Both the position numbers and the translations under genes were made by a program. From the IMG/VR virus record IMGVR_UViG_3300025894_000010, positions 1-63,476 of that record: 63,476 bases of DNA, one strand, 5' to 3'. Below, piece by piece: positions 46,704 to 56,632 of this stretch; the stretch's first letter is position 1; each line of letters begins with the position of its first letter. Origin of the DNA: a virus (taxonomy: Duplodnaviria; Caudoviricetes). Below the pieces are notes generated by a model that saw only the letters and a program-made list of their open reading frames with translations, did not search any database and was not told the origin of the DNA.

Positions 46704-47465
46704 ATGGCATCGCCCACAACAAGACAAGAACTAGTTGATTTCTGCTTGCGGAGATTAGGTTCGCCTGTTCTTGAAATTAATGTAGACGATGATCAACTTG
46801 AAGATAAAGTTGATGATGCGCTTCAGATGTTTCAAGAGTATCATGCCGACGCTACTTTTACCACTTATATTAAGCATCAGATAACAGCCGATGATGTAAC
46901 AAATGAATACATTACTATTCCAAACACAGTGCTGTATCTTACCAAAGTATATCCATTTAGCAAGACCTTTGGTAGTACCAACATGTTTGATATTAAGTAT
47001 CAGATGATGTTGAACAGCATGGGCGACTTTATGAACTTTGCGGGTGGTTTATCGTATTACTATCAGATGGAACAGTATTTAGAATTTATTGCTGATATTC
47101 TAGACGGTGAGCCACGAGTTAATTTTTCAAGGCATCAGAATAGATTATATATTTTTGGCGAATGGGCTCCTAATCAGTATAACAATTTAGCCGTAGGTGA
47201 TTACATCATTGCGGAGTGTTTGTCACTTGTTGATCCCGCATCATTCGCTGACGTTTGGAACGACAAATTTCTCAAAGACTATACCACACAGTTGATCAAA
47301 CAACAGTGGGGTGGTAACATGATGAAATTTGAAGGCATGACTTTACCAGGTGGTGTGCAATTAAACGGTCGTCAATACTATGACGATGCTACAGCAGAAC
47401 TAGAAAAACTGGAAGAAAAATTACGTAATGAAAACGAATTTCCACCAGATTTTTTCATGGGTTAA
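46704..47465 (+). CDS. gp13: Neck protein
   Basis: P.TRQEL..FCLRRLG.PVLEINVDDDQ, FLKDY...LIKQQWG.N..KF.G..LPGGV.LNG. Confidence 0.93.
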   Translation: MASPTTRQELVDFCLRRLGSPVLEINVDDDQLEDKVDDALQMFQEYHADATFTTYIKHQITADDVTNEYITIPNTVLYLTKVYPFSKTFGSTNMFDIKYQMMLNSMGDFMNFAGGLSYYYQMEQYLEFIADILDGEPRVNFSRHQNRLYIFGEWAPNQYNNLAVGDYIIAECLSLVDPASFADVWNDKFLKDYTTQLIKQQWGGNMMKFEGMTLPGGVQLNGRQYYDDATAELEKLEEKLRNENEFPPDFFMG

Positions 47466-47468
47466 TGC

Positions 47469-48371
47469 ATGGCTACTAATCTCTATTTTACTCAAGGCAG
47501 ATACTCAGAGCAAGAACTCTATGAAGATCTGATTATTGAATCTCTCAAAATATATGGACAAGATGTCTATTATATGCCAAGAGAGATGGTCAATAAAGAT
47601 TCTATATTCCAGGATGATAATGTATCACGGTTTGATGATGCATATAAACTGGAAATGTATATTGAGAATACCGAAGGCTTTGACGGAGAAGGAGATCTGT
47701 TCACTAAGTTTGGTGTAGAGATTCGTGATGCCGCTACCTTTATTGTATCACGTAGGAGATTTTTGTCAACCGTTTCTAAGTATGAACAGACATTAGAACC
47801 CGGCGGCCAGTTTTATAGGCCTCGCGAAGGAGATTTGATTTCTCTTCCACTTTCTAACTCTATATTTGAGATCACGAAGGTAGAAGACGAATCACCTTTC
47901 TATCAGTTAAAAGATATACCAGTGTTTAAGATTCGTGCAGAATTGTTTGAGTACAACGACGAAGACTTTGATACGGGTGTACAAGCAATTGATAATGTTG
48001 AGGGAGATCATGCGTTTCAGACCGTGTTTACATTCCCATCAGTCACGGGTGCGTTTGCATTTAATGAGACTGTGACTCAAACAAATGATTCGTTTACTCT
48101 CACCGGTGAGATTGTCAAAATAGACAATTCAAATCCATCGGCTAAGAAGATATATGTTGCTCACACTGGAGGTGCTTCAGACGGTGAGTATCATGAGTGG
48201 ACCACTACCGCTCCTATGGTTGGTTCAACATCAGGTGCTACTGGTACGCCTAATGCTATAGGAGAAGATCTACAAGACAGTGCTATGAATACTGCCTTTG
48301 ATACAACACTAGAAGGTGGAGAGATCAATTTTATTGATTTTTCAGAATCTAATCCGTTCGGAGATCCATAA
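47469..48371 (+). CDS. gp14: Neck protein
   Basis: EQ.LYEDLIIESLKIYGQDVYY.PR, LFTKFG.EIRD, RPREGDLI, PFYQL, DFSESNPFG. Confidence 0.93.
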   Translation: MATNLYFTQGRYSEQELYEDLIIESLKIYGQDVYYMPREMVNKDSIFQDDNVSRFDDAYKLEMYIENTEGFDGEGDLFTKFGVEIRDAATFIVSRRRFLSTVSKYEQTLEPGGQFYRPREGDLISLPLSNSIFEITKVEDESPFYQLKDIPVFKIRAELFEYNDEDFDTGVQAIDNVEGDHAFQTVFTFPSVTGAFAFNETVTQTNDSFTLTGEIVKIDNSNPSAKKIYVAHTGGASDGEYHEWTTTAPMVGSTSGATGTPNAIGEDLQDSAMNTAFDTTLEGGEINFIDFSESNPFGDP

Positions 48372-49657
48372 TGTTTGGTACTCATTTTTATCATCAGCGA
48401 ATTAGAAAAGCCGTTGCTGTTTTTGGATCATTGTTCAATGACATATATGTGGTAAGAAAAGACGCCGCAGGTAACTCATTATCACAAGTCAAAGTACCTT
48501 TGTCATACTCTCCTAAGAGAGATTTTGTAGCACGTATTGATGCAATGAACGATGGCGAAAACGCTGAGAGACAGATTGCTTTAAAATTACCCAGGCTTTC
48601 TTTTGAGATATTAGCCATGCAGTATGATGCCGCGCGACAAATGCCTCGGACAAATTCATGTGTAGTGTTTCCTGATAACTATGGCGATGGCGCTAGTAAG
48701 TTATACACTCCTGTTCCTTACATTATATCGTTTCAGTTGAATGCATATGCCAAGACACAAGATGATGCCTTGCAGATTGTTGAACAGATTCTTCCTTATT
48801 TTACACCAAATTACACAGTGACAATCAAGCCACTCAACGACTTTGATGTTGTAGAGGATTCGCCTATTACCATGACAGGTATTACGTTCTCAGATGATTA
48901 TGAAGCGCCTTTAGAGAGCAGGCGGTCTATCATATACACGATGGACTTTGACATGAAACTATACCTGTACAAGTCAATTGCAGATGGTTCTAAGATTATT
49001 GAAGAAGCGTGTGTAAACTTTTTGAATCTAGACGGCGGCACAGACGAAGAATTGTTTGTCAAGACATGTACTGATAGTGCATGGACAGCCAGTCCTTTGA
49101 GTTTGAATCTTTCTGAAGATAACGCACAGTATGTGGCGCCGTTCACTATTGTAAATATTCCAGGAACACCCACGTCATTTACAGTGAGTGATCCACAAAA
49201 TGGAACTGCTTCGGCGGAATATCAAACGCTGACTACAAACAACGAAGGTATTATTACTGCGAAAGGTACTTGGAGTTATCAATCTAATCCAGATTGGAAC
49301 GGAACAGACTCATTTAATGTGAGTGTTCTAGGCGATTGGGGTGCGAAATATTTCCCCATATCCATCACAGTTGATCCAGTCCAAGATGCATATGCAGTCA
49401 GTGCCTCAACCACTGTTGACACACCAGTTGATATCACAGTGAGTGGCAATGATACTTGGCAAGCAGGCAATACAGTATTCTCTGTTGCTGTAGGTGGACA
49501 ACCATCTAACGGATCTGTGGTCGTACTAGATGCTTCCGCTGGCACATACACATATACACCTAATCCAGGATACACTGGGCAAGATACCTTTATCTATCGT
49601 GCATCACCAGAACAAGGTATTTCAGAAACAGCAATCGTTACTGTTACCATAACGTAA
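48371..49657 (+). CDS. gp15: Tail sheath stabiliser/terminator with C-terminal Ig-like domains
   Basis: MFG.HFYH..IRKAV..FGSLFN, KVPLSY, LPRLSFE, DALQIVEQILPYF.P; extension with W.GTDSF and YTYTP..GYTG.DTF.Y. Confidence 0.9.
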   Translation: MFGTHFYHQRIRKAVAVFGSLFNDIYVVRKDAAGNSLSQVKVPLSYSPKRDFVARIDAMNDGENAERQIALKLPRLSFEILAMQYDAARQMPRTNSCVVFPDNYGDGASKLYTPVPYIISFQLNAYAKTQDDALQIVEQILPYFTPNYTVTIKPLNDFDVVEDSPITMTGITFSDDYEAPLESRRSIIYTMDFDMKLYLYKSIADGSKIIEEACVNFLNLDGGTDEELFVKTCTDSAWTASPLSLNLSEDNAQYVAPFTIVNIPGTPTSFTVSDPQNGTASAEYQTLTTNNEGIITAKGTWSYQSNPDWNGTDSFNVSVLGDWGAKYFPISITVDPVQDAYAVSASTTVDTPVDITVSGNDTWQAGNTVFSVAVGGQPSNGSVVVLDASAGTYTYTPNPGYTGQDTFIYRASPEQGISETAIVTVTIT

Positions 49658-49661
49658 CCGA

Positions 49662-49669
49662 TATAAATA
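49662..49669 (+). promoter_or_regulatory. Late promoter TATAAATA
   Basis: Exact consensus in the intergenic gap. Confidence 0.75.
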
Positions 49670-49694
49670 AACCAAAGAAACGAGATCAGGTACA

Positions 49695-51482
49695 ATGGCA
49701 GACATAAAAATTTCAGGTTTAAATTTGATAGACGGGACAACGGTGCCCCCTCTAGGATTGGAAGATGAAATCATCGTCAATGACGTTGATGTCGGACCAC
49801 CTATTACTGCTATTACGAAGAGAACCACTCTTCAGGCACTCCGAGATCTCGCAAACCAAAACATTGATGATGATCCTAGTGGATCTACAGTCACGGGTGA
49901 TCTTACGGTCACGGGTACAATCAATGGCGTTGATATTTCTGATTTAGAAGCAAGCACTATTAATTGTGCCCGAGACTCGGTAGACGCCGATGGCATATGT
50001 GGTCTCAGAATTTTAGGTGATACTGTTATTGACAGTGATCTTACTGTTAGAGATAATATTTTCTGGGGAGGTGTTGCATCTGGTGATGGCCGTAATATTA
50101 CCGATATTCAGTTTGCTCTCCGTTCTGATTCTGCCGATCATGCCCGAGTCAGTAAGTTTCAAGAAGTAGCAACTTTGGTTGACGCACAAAATTACTTTAT
50201 AACCATGTCGCCAATACAAACAGGCGAAGATAGTGTTAATACAGACCCTGCGGTTTATTTTGATAAAAACACTGAAGCATTATATTCACCTTTATTCGCT
50301 GGCGATGGTTCGCTTCTTATAAATGTAAATGCAGATAGTGCGGATCATGCACGAGTCAGTAAGTTTCAAGAAGTAGCACAAACAGACGCTGGCACTTACT
50401 ATCCCCTCATGTCTGGTTTATTAGATGGAGTAGATAGTGTAAATACAAACTCACTAGTCAATTACAATACCGTCACTGAAGTATTTTCTGCACCTTTCTT
50501 TTCAGGTGATGGTAGTCTGTTAACAAATGTCACTGCGAGTGCCACAGTAACCGAAGCGACTAAAATATATACGAAACAGGCAACATTGTCAAGTCTTCAT
50601 TATCTCACGATGGTTGAAACCACAGGCAGTGGTGTGAATCCTTTAGCAGATAGTGCGTTAACAGATAACAATCTTTTGTATGATCCTATCAATGCGATCT
50701 TGCAAGATCCCGGCAATGCTTTGTTTGGAGCGATGGGTGTTACTTACGCTCAACAGACGACTGCTAAGGTTCCCGAAGATGGTGTTAACTATCTTATGAT
50801 GAGGGAAACCTCAACAGGTCAAGACAGTGTGGGTTGTATCACAGATCTCACGTATAACACGACTACCGACGGCGGCACACTATTTTCTCCACAATTCTCA
50901 GGAGGCGGTGCATCACTCACAGATGTTGACGCAATAACAGCAACAACGGCAACCAACGTTGCAGTAACTGCTGACACTGCCAACTCAGTAAACTATCTCA
51001 TGTTTAGTGGTAGTACCAGTGGAGGTAATGGCACAAAAGTTAACTCAAACATTCGGGTGAATCCAGGATTAGACGCGATGCATCTGTCTGCTTCAGGCAG
51101 TAGACTGTTGCTAGGTGCAGACTCAGACATTAGTATGTCGGTAGGCACCGGCGTACAGTATTCGTTTAATGTCACGAACAACGGATCAACTGATTACGTT
51201 CTGTCTGATACAGGAAATGTTTGGTTCCCTACAAGCGAAAACGATCCTATACTTTACCTGAGGCGAGGTGATACATATAGATTCGATCACAATCATTCGG
51301 GTCATCCATTTGAGATCAGAGTAAGTAATGCAGGTGCGGCTTACACAACAGGTGTTTCAGTAATATCTGGCACAAGTCAAGTTGGCATCACACAGTTTAA
51401 AGTACCAATGAGTGCTCCGCCAACCTTGTATTATCAGTGTACTGCTCATTCTGGTATGGGTAATACCATTAACATAGTATAA
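49695..51482 (+). CDS. Fibre-like virion protein with internal ~69-aa repeats and a C-terminal cupredoxin-like domain
   Basis: MADIKIS.L start; F.GDGS.L.NV repeats; DPILYLRRGDTYRF..HPF..YYQCTAHSGMG. Confidence 0.7.
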   Translation: MADIKISGLNLIDGTTVPPLGLEDEIIVNDVDVGPPITAITKRTTLQALRDLANQNIDDDPSGSTVTGDLTVTGTINGVDISDLEASTINCARDSVDADGICGLRILGDTVIDSDLTVRDNIFWGGVASGDGRNITDIQFALRSDSADHARVSKFQEVATLVDAQNYFITMSPIQTGEDSVNTDPAVYFDKNTEALYSPLFAGDGSLLINVNADSADHARVSKFQEVAQTDAGTYYPLMSGLLDGVDSVNTNSLVNYNTVTEVFSAPFFSGDGSLLTNVTASATVTEATKIYTKQATLSSLHYLTMVETTGSGVNPLADSALTDNNLLYDPINAILQDPGNALFGAMGVTYAQQTTAKVPEDGVNYLMMRETSTGQDSVGCITDLTYNTTTDGGTLFSPQFSGGGASLTDVDAITATTATNVAVTADTANSVNYLMFSGSTSGGNGTKVNSNIRVNPGLDAMHLSASGSRLLLGADSDISMSVGTGVQYSFNVTNNGSTDYVLSDTGNVWFPTSENDPILYLRRGDTYRFDHNHSGHPFEIRVSNAGAAYTTGVSVISGTSQVGITQFKVPMSAPPTLYYQCTAHSGMGNTINIV

Positions 51483-51485
51483 ATT

Positions 51486-54400
51486 ATGTCACACGAAAGA
51501 TTTGTTAATAAACGCAGACGCTCTCTCAACCTGAGAGAGCCGGCTATTGGCAATATATTGCCTGAGCATTTTGCGGCGTTATATCCAAAATTCATTACTC
51601 TGTTAAAGAAGTATTATGAGTTTCAGGATCAGAACGAGTCTACAGAATTGCTCAATCACTTATTTGCAACTCGTGATATTAATGAAACCGACATCACTCT
51701 TCTCACTTATATTGAGGACGAATTACTTTTAGGCGAATCCTATTTTCAGAAGTTTGGTTCAAACGATACTGAACTCCGAGCGGCAGCAAACTTTTCCAAC
51801 ACACTGTTTAGATCAAAGGGTAGTAAGTTTGCGATAGAATGGTTCTTTAGATCTTTTTATGGTGAAGACGTTGAAGTATTGTATCCAAAAGAGAATGTCT
51901 TTAAGATAGGTGAAACAGATTCACAGATCGGTGCTGACTCTCTCAAGTATATCACAGATGACAAGTTATATCAAACGTTTGCGCTTTTGGTTCGTGTGGG
52001 TGTTCCTATTGCGAAGTGGCGAGAAACGTTTAAACTGTTTGTTCATCCTGCAGGAATGTATCTTGGCGGTGAGGTGTTCATTGTTGATGATGTTGCGGTT
52101 GATATTCAAGCACTCAATGACGCATTACTCACATACAACACGCCCGTTTATTCGGCCAGCGTAAATGCAACCACACAGAACGAAGGCACTGATTTCGTCT
52201 TTACCATTACAGGAACAAATGTGCCTGATGGCATAGACGCACTCTATTGGTATGGAGTACACGGTACGACAAATGATGCTGACTTCGGCATTAACTCGTA
52301 TGATCAAACAACAGGTTTACCTGATGCGAATAACAAACAATACTTTGAGATCAATGGGTCAAGTGGTATGTTCTCAGTGGTCTCTGTCATTGATGCCGAG
52401 ACAGCGATAGCCGAAGGTGATGAGACGTTTACAGTCTACATTGAAGACGGTGATGGTCGTGCTATTGATAACTTCCCTCTTACGATAACGGATCTTATTC
52501 CTTCATATACTATATCAACAGATGCACCCGATCAAACCGTAGAAGCCGGCGATACCTCAGATGAAGGTGACAATGTAACATTTACCATTAACGGAACAAA
52601 TGTGCCCAATGCTGGCAGTGCTGTTCTTAAATGGTATGTTGATTTTGGAGTTAGTACAACCGATCAAACCAACTTTGAAACGACAATACCAACATCACCT
52701 GGCACAGCACAAGATGTTACGATAACAGGCAGTACAGGTTCGTTTCAGATAAAAAGCCGAGTAGATGGTGATCCTCAGTCAAACAGCAACTATGTTATCA
52801 AACTTCTGAATGAGAACAACATTGAAAAAGTTTCTCGTGTTCAGTATCTTACACAGGTAGTACCCACACTTACCGTAGCACCAGGTGTGACAGTTATTGA
52901 GGGTAACAACTTAGAGATTACAATCACCTCAGGCGGTTATAATGTAGGCAAAGATATTGATTATGCGATTACAGGTGCCGTGGTATCTGACGGTCGTATC
53001 GCAACCGCTGATCTTACAGGCTCAGTCACCATGATAGATGACGGTCTAGGTGGATCAACTGCGGTTACTTCTATTCCTGTTAGCGCAACGGACACTTACG
53101 AAAGCCCTACTGCGGGTACGTTTACTGCAACAGATAATAATTTAGACGCTGGTTTTCAAATTTCAGACAACGAGTCATTCACTGTTAACGATGGACCACC
53201 CGCCTACACGATCACCGGCAGTCCTGCCGTAGGTCAAGACGGTGGTGCTGTTACTTACACAGTGGGTGGTCAAAATATTCCTGACGGGACAGTTTACTTT
53301 TATATCAATGATATTGACACTGACGATGCTGACTGGGTAGGTACTCCACCCAGAAATGGCAGCAGACTTGCAGTCACAGTATCAGGTGGTACTGGAACTG
53401 TTACGAATCCAACTGCTTATACTGCCGACGGTGATACTGCGGATAACTTCTATCAGATATTTGTATATGATCAAGCCACAGGCGGCACTGAATTAGCAGA
53501 AGGTAATAGAATTATCGCGGGCACATCTAACTCGGTTACCATAACTCCAAGTGATTTGGCTCCTGAAGAAGGCGATACGATCACTGTGGATGTAACACTA
53601 GGTGGAACTTATCAAGACACAGGAAGTGGTGGTGTTTACAAGTATTGGATTGCTGGCACTAATGTCACGTCTTCAGACTTTGACTCGGGATACTCAAACG
53701 TTTCGGCACCCGTAGACTTGACAATCACTAGCAGTGCCGGACAAGTATCTCTTGCTATTGCAAATGATTTTAAAACAGAAGGCTCAGAAACCTTTACTGT
53801 TGTGGTAGGAGAAGAGACAGCACCAGGATCAGGTGTGTTTGCAATTATTGGTGAAAGCGCGGGTGTTGTAGTTCAAGATACTAGTCAGCAAACATACTCA
53901 CTAACTATGCCCGCAACGGTTACAGAAGATGAAAATTTGGTACTTACAATTACAGCAACCGATGTTGGTGCACCCGAACCATTGTTTATACGTCTTACGC
54001 CGAGTTCTATTGGTACACAATATGTAGGAGGTGCAGATAAAGAGATCATAGGACCAGATTCCGGTGAATCTGTAGAGGTAACATATGTAACACTTGGCGA
54101 CAATCTTACAGAAGAATCTAATAGAAGTTTTCTTACTACGGTTAGAAGAACTAGTTTGGCAGGTCCAACTGTTGCGCTTGATCCAATCACTACACTGACT
54201 GATCCTCAAAACTTTACGTTGACTGCGAGTGATACTACACCAGATGAAGCCACCACTGTAACTTTTACTGTGACTGGACCCGATGGCACTTACTATTACA
54301 GACCTCAGGGTTTTGAACCTGTAATAGTTGACAGTGTATCAGGCAGTACGATTTTGTCCACACAATCTGCCACTTCTTCATATTCTACCTTGCTCGCAGG

Positions 54401-55223
54401 AGACACACAAAGAACTACTGGGGTCAATGGAACCATCAATAATATTAATTCGAACTCGCTGACCATGTCGGCAACATCGTCTCTTACTGTACTCGGCATG
54501 CTTCCTGTGTTTGCTAGTGCTTCAAATTATGCCTACTTTGATGGTGCAAATAAACCTACAGGTACGGTGGTTATTTCAGGTGGCACAGGAACCTTTGATG
54601 TAGATATTACTACGAGCGCCGTTCAGGAAAACAAAGCGTTTGTTTACGAACTGCATGATGTTGAAGAGAATGTAAACTCAACTGTGTTGGCGTCTGAGAC
54701 GATCACCATTCAGAATGTCGCAGGTAATGGCATATTAGGATATACTGCGTTATTAAGTTACACTAATGAGGCGTATGAACAAGTATATGATACTTTTTCT
54801 CCCGTTACTGCCACTGCTAATGTTAGATTTGATAATGATGGTGGTATATACGCTCGCGGCAGAGATTCTTTCAATAGTGGGCGGACACCGGACTCGGCTT
54901 TGTATGTTAAGGTAGGCACTTGGATATCAGGAGGCACTGCGCCCTATACAGGTTACAAACTTATTGCGACAAAAGGTACCGAGAATATCACGGGCGCTAC
55001 TGTAGGTGGATCTTTTGATACTCCACTGGACATTGGTAATGGGACACAATCATCTCCTTATGCGGATTTTTTCTTGTCTTTTAAACTAGGTAATTATGGT
55101 AGTGTCAGCAGAGAGTTAGAAATTGATTTTCAAATCTATGAAGCGGCGGCACCAGGCAACAACATTGTTATTAACTGGGATTTAATCGTGATCGCGACCC
55201 TGGATAACAATGGTGGGAACTAA
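51486..55223 (+). CDS. gp7: gp7-like baseplate wedge protein fused to tandem Calx-beta/Ig-like repeats
   Basis: LPEHF...YPKFITLLKKYYEF, FRSKGSK.AIEWFFR.FYGEDV, WRETFK..VHPAGM; then repeated EG..VTFT, DF, EGDETFTV. Confidence 0.65.
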   Translation: MSHERFVNKRRRSLNLREPAIGNILPEHFAALYPKFITLLKKYYEFQDQNESTELLNHLFATRDINETDITLLTYIEDELLLGESYFQKFGSNDTELRAAANFSNTLFRSKGSKFAIEWFFRSFYGEDVEVLYPKENVFKIGETDSQIGADSLKYITDDKLYQTFALLVRVGVPIAKWRETFKLFVHPAGMYLGGEVFIVDDVAVDIQALNDALLTYNTPVYSASVNATTQNEGTDFVFTITGTNVPDGIDALYWYGVHGTTNDADFGINSYDQTTGLPDANNKQYFEINGSSGMFSVVSVIDAETAIAEGDETFTVYIEDGDGRAIDNFPLTITDLIPSYTISTDAPDQTVEAGDTSDEGDNVTFTINGTNVPNAGSAVLKWYVDFGVSTTDQTNFETTIPTSPGTAQDVTITGSTGSFQIKSRVDGDPQSNSNYVIKLLNENNIEKVSRVQYLTQVVPTLTVAPGVTVIEGNNLEITITSGGYNVGKDIDYAITGAVVSDGRIATADLTGSVTMIDDGLGGSTAVTSIPVSATDTYESPTAGTFTATDNNLDAGFQISDNESFTVNDGPPAYTITGSPAVGQDGGAVTYTVGGQNIPDGTVYFYINDIDTDDADWVGTPPRNGSRLAVTVSGGTGTVTNPTAYTADGDTADNFYQIFVYDQATGGTELAEGNRIIAGTSNSVTITPSDLAPEEGDTITVDVTLGGTYQDTGSGGVYKYWIAGTNVTSSDFDSGYSNVSAPVDLTITSSAGQVSLAIANDFKTEGSETFTVVVGEETAPGSGVFAIIGESAGVVVQDTSQQTYSLTMPATVTEDENLVLTITATDVGAPEPLFIRLTPSSIGTQYVGGADKEIIGPDSGESVEVTYVTLGDNLTEESNRSFLTTVRRTSLAGPTVALDPITTLTDPQNFTLTASDTTPDEATTVTFTVTGPDGTYYYRPQGFEPVIVDSVSGSTILSTQSATSSYSTLLAGDTQRTTGVNGTINNINSNSLTMSATSSLTVLGMLPVFASASNYAYFDGANKPTGTVVISGGTGTFDVDITTSAVQENKAFVYELHDVEENVNSTVLASETITIQNVAGNGILGYTALLSYTNEAYEQVYDTFSPVTATANVRFDNDGGIYARGRDSFNSGRTPDSALYVKVGTWISGGTAPYTGYKLIATKGTENITGATVGGSFDTPLDIGNGTQSSPYADFFLSFKLGNYGSVSRELEIDFQIYEAAAPGNNIVINWDLIVIATLDNNGGN

Positions 55224-56191
55224 TGTCTATTAATGCTATTTTGTGGGATCAGGTTATCTGGGACAGCGACAATCAACTTAAAGCCATAACTAAATTTAAT
55301 GGCTGGAAAGAACAGACTGTACCGTGGACTGGCGACACCGAGTATGCCTATCATTATGAATATCAAGGTGCAAACATGTTTGCGGCACCTGCCCTCAATG
55401 ATCTAGGTAATATAGACTCCGCAGAAACATTAGCGAATGCACTTGAAACCATAAACTATAATAATTTTGCTCATTGGATATCAACCAACCATTATGACGT
55501 TCCTGACAACGAAAGATACATCACACCCCAGATTATTCTTTTAAAAACTGTACGTGATAATATGTACTATGAGGGTCAACTTCAACGAGTAGATATTGGT
55601 CCTCGTGATTCAGCCGCAAAGCCTTACATTGATGAAATTGTGAGTATGTTTTCTGAATATGACAGCGATTTTTTTCTTACCCGAGAAAGTAATTTTATAG
55701 GCGTTGCTCAAGGATATCGTCAACCGTACACGGGAAGACACGTTAGTTGGTACAATTTTGCTGAATTAGATAGTGTTACCGCCTCTTATTTTCCTGACTC
55801 TGCATCTCAAGTGTTGGATATGACGAATTCATCTTTAACAGGTATTTCAAATCATTACGGTCTTAAATTTAATCTAGATAATGGTACAAAGATACTTAAA
55901 GCCGCAAAATTAGAGTTTGGTGGAATAACACCTGAGTTACCAGAAGGCGCACACGTAACGCACACAAGTCGTTCATGGGATGCCAATGGAGAATTACCTC
56001 AAGCGGATGCTTACTTCATATCTTACACTGAGCAACCTGTTCGTGATTTTTGTACGGAACATGGATTTACATGGCCAGTGCCGTCTGATATAACCGCAAG
56101 ACCGTGGTTATTTTCTGCTGTATATGACAGAACAGATTCCGATCTAAATGTGCTTGGAATAAAAGCCTACATATCTAAGAAGCGATTATGA
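55223..56191 (+). CDS. Hypothetical protein
   Basis: 322-aa ORF translationally coupled to the upstream gene; no motif recognised. Confidence 0.7.
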   Translation: MSINAILWDQVIWDSDNQLKAITKFNGWKEQTVPWTGDTEYAYHYEYQGANMFAAPALNDLGNIDSAETLANALETINYNNFAHWISTNHYDVPDNERYITPQIILLKTVRDNMYYEGQLQRVDIGPRDSAAKPYIDEIVSMFSEYDSDFFLTRESNFIGVAQGYRQPYTGRHVSWYNFAELDSVTASYFPDSASQVLDMTNSSLTGISNHYGLKFNLDNGTKILKAAKLEFGGITPELPEGAHVTHTSRSWDANGELPQADAYFISYTEQPVRDFCTEHGFTWPVPSDITARPWLFSAVYDRTDSDLNVLGIKAYISKKRL

Positions 56192-56197
56192 TAAATA
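56191..56197 (+). promoter_or_regulatory. Late promoter variant (G)ATAAATA
   Basis: Upstream of the terminase genes. Confidence 0.45.
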
Positions 56198-56272
56198 TAG
56201 ACATAAAAGACATTGACGATAGATTCTGGCAACAAATAGCAGAAGACCGAAGAATCTATAAAAGGAATCATA

Positions 56273-56632
56273 ATGACCGACAAAGAAAACCCGAACATCA
56301 AGAACGACTACGAAACGAGTCGGGACACGTACCTGGAACTGATAGAAGGCGGTAAACGCGGTCTTGATTTGATGATTGAGGTGGCTCGTGAAAGTGAGCA
56401 TCCCAGAGCATTTGAAGTATTATCTGGCATGATTAAAAATGTTGCAGATGTTACTGACAAATTAATGGATCTAAACAAAAAGCACAAAGATATTACCCAC
56501 GTGCCTTTGAAAGAGCAAAAGAATATTACTAACAACAATGTGTTTCTAGGAAGCACAACTGATCTACAAAGATTATTACAGAATGAAGAAAAGGTGATTG
56601 AAGTTGAGTCTGATTCTACCAATGTCCAATGA
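56273..56632 (+). CDS. gp16: Terminase small subunit
   Basis: DYE.SR.TY..LIE.G, A.ESEHPRAFEV, NNNVFLGST.DLQ.LL. Confidence 0.92.
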   Translation: MTDKENPNIKNDYETSRDTYLELIEGGKRGLDLMIEVARESEHPRAFEVLSGMIKNVADVTDKLMDLNKKHKDITHVPLKEQKNITNNNVFLGSTTDLQRLLQNEEKVIEVESDSTNVQ

